From: Candidatus Microsaccharimonas sossegonensis
GTDB taxonomy: Bacteria > Patescibacteriota > Saccharimonadia > Saccharimonadales > Saccharimonadaceae
Assembly (NCBI GenBank): GCA_004100325.1
Contig: SCKX01000001.1
Location: 291,453-355,452 of the forward strand
Length of the DNA: 64,000 bases
Reading direction: 5' to 3'
The notes beneath the pieces were generated by a model. The model was not told the DNA's origin. It ran no database searches and saw nothing but the letters and a program-made list of their open reading frames with translations. Of this stretch, positions 28,916 to 38,973 are shown piece by piece; the stretch's first letter is position 1, and every line of letters begins with the position of its first letter. A program made the position numbers and the translations under genes.

Positions 28916-29943
28916 TCACGACCTTCAGTGCGCATTTTTCCGGCAGCTTTAGCAGCTGCTTCGCTTCCTGCGGCAACCAGGTCGTCGAAATCAACGATGG
29001 CTGCGGCAATGAAGCCCTTTTCAAAATCAGTGTGAATGACGCCGGCGGCTTGTGGAGCGGTGTAGCCTTGGTGAATCGTCCAGGCGCGGACTTCTTTGGG
29101 ACCGGCGGTCAGGTAACTCTGCAGTTCAAGCGTATCGTAGGCAACGCGCGCCAGCTGTCCTAGGCCAGATTCCTTGATGCCGTAAGCGTCGAGCAGTTCA
29201 GTCGCATCGGCTTCCGCCACGCCGCGAAGCTCTTCTTCAATCTTGGCGCAAATGAAAATGCTGGCAGCCGGGGCGACCAGCGCCTCGAGCTGTTTCTTTT
29301 TGGTTTCATTCACTAGTCCTCGTTCATCGACGTTGAACACATAGATGACTGGTTTGGTGGAAAGGAGTTGCAGTCCCTGAATAAGTTCTGTATTCAACTC
29401 AGGGATCTCGCTGGCAAGTTTACCCTCTTTTAATCTAGCTTGCAACCTTAAAAGTTGTTCAATGTCGGCTTTGGTTGCAGGATTTGCTTTTGCTTCTTTC
29501 TCTAGGCGGGGAAGCTGTTTTTCAATACTTTGCAGGTCGGCGAGGATCAGTTCAGTATTGATTGTTTCGATGTCCTTTTTAGGATCAACCACATCATCAA
29601 CATGGATGACATCTGGGCTATCAAAGGCACGCACAACATGTACAATAGCGTCGCACTCGCGGATGTTCGCTAGGAATTTATTGCCCAGCCCTTCGCCTTT
29701 GCTGGCACCGGCGACCAACCCCGCTATATCCACAAATGTCACCGTCGCTGGAATCACTTTTTGCGCATTGTACATTTTTTCAAGGACAGGGAGGCGTTCA
29801 TCGGGTACGGCAATAATCCCCGTGTTCGGTTCAATGGTCGCGAACGGATAATTAGCCGCCAGTGTATTATTGTCGGTCAGCGCGTTAAATAGGGTGGACT
29901 TACCAACGTTGGGAAGCCCAACGATGCCAATAGATACACTCAT
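28861..29943 (-). CDS. ychF: Obg-family ATPase YchF
   Basis: GIVGLPNVGKSTLFNA, NYPFATIEPN, DIAGLV, FLANIRE, TGS domain; overlaps the tlyA 3' end. Confidence 0.97.
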   Translation of the reverse strand: MSVSIGIVGLPNVGKSTLFNALTDNNTLAANYPFATIEPNTGIIAVPDERLPVLEKMYNAQKVIPATVTFVDIAGLVAGASKGEGLGNKFLANIRECDAIVHVVRAFDSPDVIHVDDVVDPKKDIETINTELILADLQSIEKQLPRLEKEAKANPATKADIEQLLRLQARLKEGKLASEIPELNTELIQGLQLLSTKPVIYVFNVDERGLVNETKKKQLEALVAPAASIFICAKIEEELRGVAEADATELLDAYGIKESGLGQLARVAYDTLELQSYLTAGPKEVRAWTIHQGYTAPQAAGVIHTDFEKGFIAAAIVDFDDLVAAGSEAAAKAAGKMRTEGRDYVMRPGDVVEFRFNVSR

Positions 29944-30023
29944 ATCTGGTAATTATACCATAACAGGGGTGATCATCACGGTAGTAATGGTCTTTCCCTC
30001 GACGCTTATGCTATAATTCCAGC

Positions 30024-30539
30024 ATGGAACAAATACCTACTCAAGCAGCAGCCAAGAAGAAAAAAAGCAGCAAATTCTTATGCATTGCGCCGTGGGTTGG
30101 GTCGGCGTTATTTGTCGCCGTGCTGGCTATCGGCGCTTATTTTTACGTGACAAAGAAACCGATTGTTGTTGTTCCGGCTGGAAATACAACCTCCGTCAGT
30201 ACAATCGTGTGTGATGATGCGATTGTAAACACGTATAATGCAGCTTCGAAGCTACAAGTCAGGACTCCGGGTGGCGATGTTACGACAGACGTTGACGCAC
30301 TGACGAGACTTGATGCGACCATACGGTCAAAAACTGGCTTTGAGCAAGATCCAACCTGTCAGACGATTTTATTTTGGAACGCAATTACGAGTAGCGATGT
30401 TGGAAAGGCGACGATTGCTTTAAAGGCGATCCAATCATTGCATGATGCACATAACTATGCCGACAGTAATCTTGAAAATACCACCAGTATTTCTGTGATG
30501 AAAGATTCTTTAACTGCGTTGTCAACAAACAAGGTATAA
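30024..30539 (+). CDS. Membrane-anchored hypothetical protein at the head of the pilus-associated cluster
   Basis: Basic N-terminus, one TM helix, Cys pair; TG-C-TATAAT 6 nt upstream of ATG. Confidence 0.65.
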   Translation: MEQIPTQAAAKKKKSSKFLCIAPWVGSALFVAVLAIGAYFYVTKKPIVVVPAGNTTSVSTIVCDDAIVNTYNAASKLQVRTPGGDVTTDVDALTRLDATIRSKTGFEQDPTCQTILFWNAITSSDVGKATIALKAIQSLHDAHNYADSNLENTTSISVMKDSLTALSTNKV

Positions 30540-30540
30540 G

Positions 30541-31602
30541 GTGTTAAGAGAACATATGGGACATTGGGTAAAAAAGTATGCGGTAGGAATGTTTCCTGGT
30601 ATCGTGCTGGTTGTAACAGTCATTGTCGCTCTACTTATGTCGTCATCCGTGCATGCTGGCGGAGCAATTGGTGACCCTGGACCGGGGGGCGGTGGTAACG
30701 GTGGTGCGCAAACGGGCTATGGATATGGATGGTACAAATTTAATACCAATGGCGCTGGTACGGGTACACCTGGAAGTATGAAATCTGACAACTGGGCGAG
30801 CGTTCAAGCGTTATGTACTGCCGCAGGGGCAACAACCATCACTGCCTTTATTGTTCAAACGTCGAGAAGAACCGTATCGTCCTCGGTTGTCTATACGTAT
30901 GATTCCACTAAATACAGAACCTACCGGTTGTATCTTGGCAATAATGGTGGCTATTGGCAGACTTATGCTCAGGCACAAGCGGCCTTTAATACACTGCCTA
31001 GTAAAGGAGTAGATACCCGCGGGTATACATTTGGGCGGAATGTTGGATGGTTTTGCTCAGACTTCCAACCACGAGATTATAGTTTGACGCCAACAATTAC
31101 AGGCTCTCCAGATTTTACTGACGGCAATAGTACAGGCAGTAGTAAGGCGACGCTAAATCCTTCAGTCAATAACACTGGCTCGGTTTCGTCAGACGGTAAT
31201 TCTCAGTGGCGTGTCGTGCGTTTTAATGTCGCTCCTGGTGGCGCTATTCCTGTGGCTGGAGAGTCGGGCAGTCCGCCTGAATTGTATTACGGGTATGGGG
31301 CGGTCGCTATTGCTAATGGAACAGGTGTGACGTTTCAAAGGAACGTGACGAATTTGTCGGTGGGACAACAGGATATTGGTGATCTTCCGATCGGTACGCG
31401 CATTTGTTTTGGGTTGTCTGTCCAGCCAGCAACCCAGAATAATGGTAACTGGCGCAACAGCGCGCCGTTCTGTGTAACGATCGCCAAAAGTCCAAAGATT
31501 CAGGTACGAGGGGGTGATATCCGTGTCGGCAGCAATTTTGCAGATCAAGCAGCGTCCAGTGGTTCAAACATAACAACGAGTCAGACGACCAAGAATCGAT
31601 AA
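30541..31602 (+). CDS. Secreted putative pilus-associated adhesin, N-terminal part (signal, variable domain, Ig-like domain, linker)
   Basis: Signal-like helix, Gly-rich linker, Cys pairs, beta-rich domain from YSLTPT to CVTIAKSPKIQVRGGD, then a stop. Confidence 0.55.
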   Translation: MLREHMGHWVKKYAVGMFPGIVLVVTVIVALLMSSSVHAGGAIGDPGPGGGGNGGAQTGYGYGWYKFNTNGAGTGTPGSMKSDNWASVQALCTAAGATTITAFIVQTSRRTVSSSVVYTYDSTKYRTYRLYLGNNGGYWQTYAQAQAAFNTLPSKGVDTRGYTFGRNVGWFCSDFQPRDYSLTPTITGSPDFTDGNSTGSSKATLNPSVNNTGSVSSDGNSQWRVVRFNVAPGGAIPVAGESGSPPELYYGYGAVAIANGTGVTFQRNVTNLSVGQQDIGDLPIGTRICFGLSVQPATQNNGNWRNSAPFCVTIAKSPKIQVRGGDIRVGSNFADQAASSGSNITTSQTTKNR

Positions 31603-33308
31603 TGAGACATAGATTATTTCATATCCGAATAGCACGAATGCCAAAACTCCTCGTCGGTATCGTTGGGGTTTTCACGATGTTGTCTATGACAGTCGTGGCG
31701 TCATATTCGGTGCAGGCGCTGTCCAGCAATGGTCCGGACTCAGCCGACTACGGCAACAGTTCGGCCCGATATACGCTCGAAGATACTACTCAATTAAAAG
31801 TAACACGCAGTATAATCCCAATTTACTACTCGACAAATCCCGGCACAGTCACCGTTACGGCAAACTCATTCTCCTTTGAAAACAGTACCAGACCACACCC
31901 GTATGTTTCATTTAATGGACGATCTGGGGTACAAAGTGATACCACTTTCCCTGTGTCTGGTTTTACCTACGATCCTAATACGGGATATTTTGTTGCGTTG
32001 ATTACAGCCGAAATGACTGGTGTGACACAACAGACGTATAATGTTATTAACTGGAAACTAAGCGTTCCTGGTGGCGGCATTATCGGAACGTACGCGGCGA
32101 ACGGAAGTAATTCTGCTGTCGAGCTTCCCAACCGGTGCGACAGCCTAGATAACCGCGGGTGTGGGCAGTACTATAATTACTCGCTTCCATTTGGAACGCA
32201 GTGTCAAGCTCAGGGTAATCAGGTGGTAAGCGCAACGATATATGACGGCGACAATGGGAACATCCCTGTCCAGACATCAAAAAATTTCACGGTGAACATA
32301 TTCGACGAAACAGATAATAAGAACATTGCGTTTACTCTTTCTGGTTCGGAAAGTAATGGACAAACAGCTACCTATACATTTACGGTGCAGCCGTATCACA
32401 AGTATCGCTTTCAGGTAAACAACGTCTATGCCAATAATGTGATGCAGATTAACTTGCCGTATGATGGTATTACTTATTTGTCAGACTGTCGGTCGCTTGA
32501 AAAAACCGACCGTATTTACGGAAGTTGGGGTGAGTACGGCGTCATGGCAACCGGCGTGATCAAAGGCATTGGCTCTGGTTCAGCTTTTGCTGGGCGCGGT
32601 TTGTCGTATGCAACGACTTGTAGCTATACCTTCCTTACGCTTGCGAATGCAACTAACTCAAACTGTAAATCAACCCCGCCGGCAAATTATGGGGGGTATA
32701 AAACGGGACGCACAATACCAAACGTGGCGGCAAATTTTCCGGTCACGTCGGCAGCAGCAACGCTGAGAGGAAATAACTTGGATGTGTCACTGCTACGCGG
32801 GACGTACAAAACCGCAGGTAACATTACGTTAACTGGGGGAATGCTACAAAAGGGAAAGACTGTTGTTATTAACACTTATAATCCTGTCACAAAGGCATAT
32901 GGTGACATTACGATTGCGGGCAATATTACCTATACGACCGATCCGTTGACGTCGGCAGATCAAATTCCGCAACTAGTGCTGATTGCGGGCAATATTAATA
33001 TCCGAGATACAGTTACGCAGGTCGATGGCTGGCTCAGTGCTGAAGGGACGCTCAATACATGCTCTAATATCAATCGCACTTCGATTACGATTAATAATTG
33101 TAACCAGCTGCTCACCATCAATGGACCCGTAATGGCAAAAGAGGTACAGCTATGGCGCACAGCAGGGTCACTCGACGGTGATAATTCTGGTGCTCCAGCA
33201 GAGGTATTTAATCTTCGGCCGGATGCGTATTTGTGGGGATTATCACAAAGTGCGCAGAGTGGGCGGCTTGAAACTGTCTACACCCAGGAACTACCACCAC
33301 GTTTCTAG
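31602..33308 (+). CDS. Secreted putative pilus-associated adhesin (PilY1/PilX-position) with conserved-looking C-terminal domain
   Basis: Signal-like helix, Thr/Asn-rich beta domain, GSWGEYG...QLVLIA.NINI...PAEVFNLRPDAYLW...ELPPRF; lies directly upstream of pilM. Confidence 0.55.
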   Translation: MRHRLFHIRIARMPKLLVGIVGVFTMLSMTVVASYSVQALSSNGPDSADYGNSSARYTLEDTTQLKVTRSIIPIYYSTNPGTVTVTANSFSFENSTRPHPYVSFNGRSGVQSDTTFPVSGFTYDPNTGYFVALITAEMTGVTQQTYNVINWKLSVPGGGIIGTYAANGSNSAVELPNRCDSLDNRGCGQYYNYSLPFGTQCQAQGNQVVSATIYDGDNGNIPVQTSKNFTVNIFDETDNKNIAFTLSGSESNGQTATYTFTVQPYHKYRFQVNNVYANNVMQINLPYDGITYLSDCRSLEKTDRIYGSWGEYGVMATGVIKGIGSGSAFAGRGLSYATTCSYTFLTLANATNSNCKSTPPANYGGYKTGRTIPNVAANFPVTSAAATLRGNNLDVSLLRGTYKTAGNITLTGGMLQKGKTVVINTYNPVTKAYGDITIAGNITYTTDPLTSADQIPQLVLIAGNINIRDTVTQVDGWLSAEGTLNTCSNINRTSITINNCNQLLTINGPVMAKEVQLWRTAGSLDGDNSGAPAEVFNLRPDAYLWGLSQSAQSGRLETVYTQELPPRF

Positions 33309-33359
33309 AGTAATACAACTTGCTTTTACGCTTATGCTTTCGGTATAATGAAGGGCAAT

Positions 33360-34409
33360 ATGGCATTACTAAAAGGCGTGGGCGACTTCTTTGCTCTAGA
33401 TATCGGAACAAATGCAGTACGAGTACTACAACTCTCTTCGACAGGTCCCGACAGTTGGTCGCTTGAGCATTTTGGATATGCACCTCTCGATGAACATACC
33501 GCGACGAGTAATTCACCGGAAAGTCTTCGCAAACTCGGTGAAATTATCATGACTGCAGTAGGACAGAGCGGCATCAAAACAAAAAATGTTGTGATTGGGC
33601 TTCCCTCGAACAAAACTTTTACAACGGTGATTGAGCTACCAGTCATGCCCGAAGCAGAACTGAAAAGCACGCTAAAGTATCAAATTGACCAGTATATTCC
33701 GATGGCCGCTAACGAAGCTAAAGTTGATTGGGCACTGCTCGGCACTTCTTTACATGACCCAAAGATGCAGGAAGTGCTACTTGCCAGCACCGCCAATGCC
33801 TACGCAGAAGAGCGCCTTGAATTTATCGAGAGCCTTGGACTAGATGTGATCGCATCAGAGCCGGATCCTTTGGCGATGGTTCGTTCGCTGCTACCGGCGG
33901 GTGTGCCTGATGGGCGCCTTATTATTGACGTTGGTGAACTTTCCACTGATCTCGCGATTACTTTTGGTGAGAGCCCGCGACTTGTCCGTACCATTCCTAT
34001 GGGTGTGAAGACGCTCATCAAAGCAGCGGTTCAGAACTTGAACGTTCAAGAAGATCAAGCTCGTCAATTTATTTTGAAATTTGGGCTAGCCCCTGACCGC
34101 CTTGAGGGTCAGGTCTACCGCGCGCTAGAGTCGACGCTTGAAAACTTTGCGACTGAACTGACAAAATCTGTCAAATTCTTTCAGACACGATACCCAAGTA
34201 CTCCTGTAGGCGGCATTTTACTGTCAGGATATGCGGCAATTGTTCCGTTATTTGGTGAGTACGTCACCGCTAAAACAAGCATCCCATCCTCAGTCGCAAA
34301 TCCGTGGCAGAAAGTTCGCGTTTCTCAAGCTAATCAGCAGCAGTTAATGACGGTGGCGTCTGAATTTGCGACCGTGATTGGACTTGCACAGCGAAGGAAC
34401 AAGCGATGA
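33360..34409 (+). CDS. pilM: Type IV pilus assembly protein PilM
   Basis: Actin-like ALDIGTNAVR, QIDQYIP, IDVGELST, ILLSG, VIGLA. The track start 33348 overlaps the -10 TATAAT (33344-33349), so ATG 33360 is preferred. Confidence 0.9.
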   Translation: MALLKGVGDFFALDIGTNAVRVLQLSSTGPDSWSLEHFGYAPLDEHTATSNSPESLRKLGEIIMTAVGQSGIKTKNVVIGLPSNKTFTTVIELPVMPEAELKSTLKYQIDQYIPMAANEAKVDWALLGTSLHDPKMQEVLLASTANAYAEERLEFIESLGLDVIASEPDPLAMVRSLLPAGVPDGRLIIDVGELSTDLAITFGESPRLVRTIPMGVKTLIKAAVQNLNVQEDQARQFILKFGLAPDRLEGQVYRALESTLENFATELTKSVKFFQTRYPSTPVGGILLSGYAAIVPLFGEYVTAKTSIPSSVANPWQKVRVSQANQQQLMTVASEFATVIGLAQRRNKR

Positions 34410-35134
34410 TTGAAATTAATCTTGTCCCCGATATAAAGCAAGAGCTTATACACGCGCGGAAGGTTCGTTCGACAGTTATTTCTGGGGCAATTATTGCCAT
34501 TATTGCGGCTGCTGGGTTAGTTGTCGTGCTTTCGATCTATGTGTTTGGTGTTCAGACAGTTCGTAATGTGGTTGCAGACAGCTCTATTAAAAACGGCAGC
34601 GACAAGCTCGCGCAAGTCAATGATCTCTCGAAAATTTTAACAATTCAGAATCAACTAACAAAAATGAGTGCGTTGAACGATAGTAAAAAGGTTGATTCAC
34701 GTGTTTTTGACCTGCTCCAAGCGATTATTCCCCCGTCTCCAAATACTGTCCAAGTTTCTAGTTTGATCATTGATGCAACTGCTGGCTCGATCACATTTGA
34801 AGGCCAAACGCCCAGCTACCCATCACTTGAAGCATTCAAGAAAACGATTGGTGCAGCCAACGTCCGGTTCAAGGATGCGAGTGGTAAACAAACCGATGTT
34901 GTTCTCGCGACTAACCTAAGTATTGCAAATGTCAGCTACGGTCAAGACGCTAGTGGTGCCAAAGTCCTTCGATTTACCGTCAGCTTTACTTATGCACCAG
35001 AACTCTTCTCGCCAGCATCAATCGACCCGACAATCGTGTTGATTAACGGCGGAAATGTAACCGACTCATATCTGGGTATTCCAAAAAGTATTTTTACGGA
35101 CCGCGCCGCTGATACAGGGAGTGCAAACAAATGA
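34406..35134 (+). CDS. pilN: PilN-like alignment protein
   Basis: MIEINLVP start, single TM, coiled coil then ferredoxin-like fold; follows pilM. Confidence 0.75.
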   Translation: MIEINLVPDIKQELIHARKVRSTVISGAIIAIIAAAGLVVVLSIYVFGVQTVRNVVADSSIKNGSDKLAQVNDLSKILTIQNQLTKMSALNDSKKVDSRVFDLLQAIIPPSPNTVQVSSLIIDATAGSITFEGQTPSYPSLEAFKKTIGAANVRFKDASGKQTDVVLATNLSIANVSYGQDASGAKVLRFTVSFTYAPELFSPASIDPTIVLINGGNVTDSYLGIPKSIFTDRAADTGSANK

Positions 35135-35826
35135 AACCAAATGATACGGCGCTACGAAAGCGCACTCAAATTTCCAAAGCTAATCGTATGATGTTTATAT
35201 GGATCGCCGCCGCCTCTGCATTAGTCAGTTTTGCGCTCGTCGCGTCTGTCTTTTTGGGTCAGAAGCTTGTCTTTAATGAAAAAATTTTGCTAGAAAAAAA
35301 TAAGACGATCAGTACGCTCGATAAGAATAATAAAGCCGTGCCTGACCTGCAATCAGCCGTACGCGTCCTTGACACGAATACAGATCTTGCAACTACCAAG
35401 GCGAATAATAGCGATCAGACGATTCAGGTCATTTTAGACGCGCTGCCTTCTGACGCAAATTCATTGGCGCTTGGCGCATCATTACAGAACAAATTACTGG
35501 CTGGTGTGCCGGGACTGACAATCCAAAGCCTTCAGGTTGACCCGGTCCAAGGTGTCGAGACATTAATCAGCGGCAGTGTTGTGAGCGCTAGCACACCAGT
35601 TGCTGCTGGAACGCAAAACCAAATTACGTTCAACTTCTCGGTGAGTGGTAATGCCGATGCACTCAAGCAAGCTTTAATGAACCTCGAGCGATCAATTCGA
35701 ACAATTGATATCACCAGGTTGCAAGTTGAAAATCAGGGAAATACTCAAATTATGACGGTACAAGCTCGCGCATTTTACGAGCCAGTAAAAACAGTCAGTC
35801 TCTATGACAAGGTGGTAAAGCCATGA
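35131..35826 (+). CDS. pilO: PilO-like alignment protein
   Basis: Single TM, coiled coil, ILDALP, C-terminal SVSG...L.NLERSIR.I pattern. Confidence 0.7.
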   Translation: MKPNDTALRKRTQISKANRMMFIWIAAASALVSFALVASVFLGQKLVFNEKILLEKNKTISTLDKNNKAVPDLQSAVRVLDTNTDLATTKANNSDQTIQVILDALPSDANSLALGASLQNKLLAGVPGLTIQSLQVDPVQGVETLISGSVVSASTPVAAGTQNQITFNFSVSGNADALKQALMNLERSIRTIDITRLQVENQGNTQIMTVQARAFYEPVKTVSLYDKVVKP

Positions 35827-36095
35827 AAAAAACTGATGTAGCGATGATTATATTGATTGCAGCCTTGAGCGCCGGTATTGCCTACTTCGTTGCGCAGGGC
35901 GTGTTTGGATCAATGAGCTCACAAAGTGTCAAAGTGAAGACAATTGATGCAATCACCAGTAATGTCCAAACTCCAGATAAGAAAATTTTTAATACCAATG
36001 CTATCAACCCGTCTGTAGGAGTAAATATTAATAATACCGGAACGACGCCAAGTACTGGTGCCGCTTCGACACCGACCAACAATGGAAATCGTTAA
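35823..36095 (+). CDS. Small membrane protein at the PilP position
   Basis: 90 aa, N-terminal TM, overlaps the pilO stop. Confidence 0.55.
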   Translation: MKKTDVAMIILIAALSAGIAYFVAQGVFGSMSSQSVKVKTIDAITSNVQTPDKKIFNTNAINPSVGVNINNTGTTPSTGAASTPTNNGNR

Positions 36096-36106
36096 GGGGG
36101 CTGAAC

Positions 36107-37870
36107 GTGCCACTGCTGACTGACGATATCCAGGATAAGCTTGTAAAATTGCTGGTTGAAGAAGGCTTGGTGGCGTCTTCTGTACTGACGCAGGCACAAG
36201 CCGAATCAACGACCGAAAAAAAGCCGCTGTTTAGCCTTTTATCAGAGAAAGCGATTATTGATGACGAGCTTTTGACCCACGCCATCGCCCAAGTGTCCGG
36301 GGTGCCGTATGTGAATTTGACCAATACGATGATTGACCAGAACATTCTGGGGCTTTTACCGGAAGATATTGCCGAACGCTTTATGGCAGTGCCGCTTGCT
36401 GAAGTTCAGAATCGCCTAGCCGTTGCTATGATCGACGCCAACAACGTCCAAGCCGTCGACTATTTGGCGAATCGTATTCAGCGTCCGCTCAAGGTTTTTA
36501 TGGCATCAGAAGCAGGTGTGCGTCACGTCCTTGATCAATATCGAACTGACCTCTCTAGTGTCGACAAAGCTGCCCAAGTATCACAGCAGGAGGCAAACGC
36601 TGAAGAGGCGAGTGATGTCAAGACGATTGTCCAAGATTCACCAATCAGTCAGGCGCTGAGTAAAATTTTGGAGTATGCGATTAAGTCCCGTGCCAGTGAC
36701 GTTCATGTCGAACCACTGGAAAGGTCGCTGAAAATTCGCGTCCGTGTCGATGGGGTACTTCGGGAAATTATGCAACTGCCAAAGAGTATCGAGCCCGCCC
36801 TCGTGAGCCGAGTAAAAATCCTTTCTAACCTTAAGATCGACGAACACCGTGTACCGCAAGATGGTCAATTCGCTGTAAAAATCGCCGGCAAAGAAGTTGA
36901 CCTCCGTATCGCGATTAGCCCAGTGGTGTGGGGTGAGCAAATTGTTATTCGTTTGCTTGACAAGTCGGGTAATACGTTTGACCTTCAAGACATGGGGTAT
37001 GCCGGCCGCGGGCTTCGCGTCGTCAAACATGGCATTAAGCGTCCAAATGGCATGATCCTCACCTCTGGACCAACTGGTTCGGGTAAATCGACCAGCCTTT
37101 ATGCCCTTATTAAGGAAATTAAAGACGACAGTGTGAATATTGTAACCTTGGAAGATCCAGTTGAGTACAAAATGGACGGAGTTAACCAAATTCAAGTCAA
37201 TGCAGAAGTCGGACTGACCTTTGCCAACGGGCTTCGCTCGATTCTGCGTCAGGACCCCGATGTCGTGATGGTCGGGGAAATCCGCGACGGTGAGACGGCG
37301 GCGCTTGCCGTGCAGGCGGCTCTGACAGGACATCTGGTGTTTAGTACGCTCCACACTAACAGTGCAGCGGGCGTGCTGCCTCGTCTGCTTGATATGAACA
37401 TTGAACCATTCCTTATCGCCAGTACGGTGAATACAATTATTGGTCAACGACTGGTGCGAAAAGTCGCACCAAAACGTGAAACGTATCAATCGAGTCCGAT
37501 CGAAACCCAGAACATTATAGCGACAATTGGTCACTTGCTGCCGAAAACTAAAGAGGACGTTGCCAGAGTCTCGCAAGATTTAGGCTACAAAGACCTTCCC
37601 CTGGCAGGACAAAGCGCTTATACTTTGGTAAGAGGTATTGATACGCCTCAGACGCCGCACGGCTACAGTGGTCGTGCGGGGATCTACGAAGTGATGGATG
37701 TCAATCCGGATATCCAAAAACTGATCGTAGAAAAAGCTTCAAGCTCGGAAATTCAACGGCTTGCAGTGTCTCAGGGTATGATTACAATGCGTCAGGATGG
37801 TTATTTGAAAGCACTATCGGGCGTCACAACCATTGAAGAAGTCAATAGAGTAACGTCGGATGCGGCATAA
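36107..37870 (+). CDS. pilB: Type IV pilus extension ATPase PilB
   Basis: ASDVHVEP, RVPQDG, GPTGSGKST, TLEDPVEY, LRQDPD, GEIRD, TGHLVFSTLHTN, GYSGRAGIYEV. Confidence 0.95.
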   Translation: MPLLTDDIQDKLVKLLVEEGLVASSVLTQAQAESTTEKKPLFSLLSEKAIIDDELLTHAIAQVSGVPYVNLTNTMIDQNILGLLPEDIAERFMAVPLAEVQNRLAVAMIDANNVQAVDYLANRIQRPLKVFMASEAGVRHVLDQYRTDLSSVDKAAQVSQQEANAEEASDVKTIVQDSPISQALSKILEYAIKSRASDVHVEPLERSLKIRVRVDGVLREIMQLPKSIEPALVSRVKILSNLKIDEHRVPQDGQFAVKIAGKEVDLRIAISPVVWGEQIVIRLLDKSGNTFDLQDMGYAGRGLRVVKHGIKRPNGMILTSGPTGSGKSTSLYALIKEIKDDSVNIVTLEDPVEYKMDGVNQIQVNAEVGLTFANGLRSILRQDPDVVMVGEIRDGETAALAVQAALTGHLVFSTLHTNSAAGVLPRLLDMNIEPFLIASTVNTIIGQRLVRKVAPKRETYQSSPIETQNIIATIGHLLPKTKEDVARVSQDLGYKDLPLAGQSAYTLVRGIDTPQTPHGYSGRAGIYEVMDVNPDIQKLIVEKASSSEIQRLAVSQGMITMRQDGYLKALSGVTTIEEVNRVTSDAA

Positions 37871-37885
37871 GGGTGGGATAAAGAC

Positions 37886-38956
37886 ATGAACAACCAACAA
37901 CTACGAATCGAAGTCTTACTGGAAGAAGTGGTACGCCGCAAAGCGTCTGACCTTCATCTTCAGGTAGGATTGCCACCTATGCTGCGGATCGACGGCGCTC
38001 TGATTCCAGTCGCCGGCTTTAATCCACTTGATGAAGCAGCTGTCGAAACGCTGGTGTTTGCTATCTTAGACCAAGACCAGCGTCAAATTCTTTTAAAAGA
38101 CAAAGAATTTGACTTTAGTTTTGCCTTCGGAACGCTTGGTCGTTTTCGTGTCAACGCTTTCCACGAACGCGGTAACCTAGCGGCGGCGCTTCGTTTGATC
38201 CCGAACGAAATCAAATCAATCACCGAGCTTGGTATGCCCAATGTCGTTCTCAACTTCGCTGAATTCCCCCGCGGCCTCGTGCTGGTGACTGGACCAACCG
38301 GTTCTGGTAAGTCGACCACGCTGGCGGCACTGGTCGACAAGATTAATACCGAGAAATCACAGCACATTATCACGATTGAGGATCCGATTGAGTTTACGCA
38401 TAAGTCGAAGAAATCAGTGGTTGTCCAACGTGAAGTCCACTACGACACCTATTCATTTAGTGCGGCCCTGCGTTCAAGTTTGCGCCAAGACCCGGATGTC
38501 GTGCTGATTGGCGAGATGCGTGACCTTGAGACGATCTCTGCGGCCATTACCATTGCCGAAACCGGACACTTGGTGTTTGCGACGCTGCACACTAACTCGG
38601 CAGCCCAGTCTATCGACCGCATGATCGATGTCTTTCCGCCTCACCAACAGCCACAAATCCGAGCTCAGCTTTCAAATATCCTGATGGCAATCGTGTCACA
38701 GCGCCTTGTTCCATCTATCGGTGGAGGGCGGGTGGTTGCTGCTGAAATTTTGGTCGCTAATCCAGCCGTTCGTAACATTATCCGTGAAGGTAAGGCGCAC
38801 CAACTTGATGCGATTATTCAGACTGGTGCCGACCAGGGTATGCAGACGATGGACCGCACCCTCGTTAGTCTTGTTCAAGCAGGAACGATTACCTACGATA
38901 GCGCCCGTGAGTTTGCGGTCGACTTAACTGAATTTGAAAGGTTAATGAGAGGCTAA
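37886..38956 (+). CDS. pilT: Type IV pilus retraction ATPase PilT
   Basis: ASDLHL, GPTGSGKSTT, TIEDPIEF, GEMRD, AETGHLV, AVRNIIRE (AIRNLIRE motif), GMQTMD. Confidence 0.96.
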   Translation: MNNQQLRIEVLLEEVVRRKASDLHLQVGLPPMLRIDGALIPVAGFNPLDEAAVETLVFAILDQDQRQILLKDKEFDFSFAFGTLGRFRVNAFHERGNLAAALRLIPNEIKSITELGMPNVVLNFAEFPRGLVLVTGPTGSGKSTTLAALVDKINTEKSQHIITIEDPIEFTHKSKKSVVVQREVHYDTYSFSAALRSSLRQDPDVVLIGEMRDLETISAAITIAETGHLVFATLHTNSAAQSIDRMIDVFPPHQQPQIRAQLSNILMAIVSQRLVPSIGGGRVVAAEILVANPAVRNIIREGKAHQLDAIIQTGADQGMQTMDRTLVSLVQAGTITYDSAREFAVDLTEFERLMRG

Positions 38957-38973
38957 TCCTCTCAAATACGCGC

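Noticed and set aside
36638-37576. 312-aa antisense ORF inside pilB
   Set aside because: It is fully overlapped by a strongly conserved gene, has no motifs, and is a typical antisense shadow ORF.
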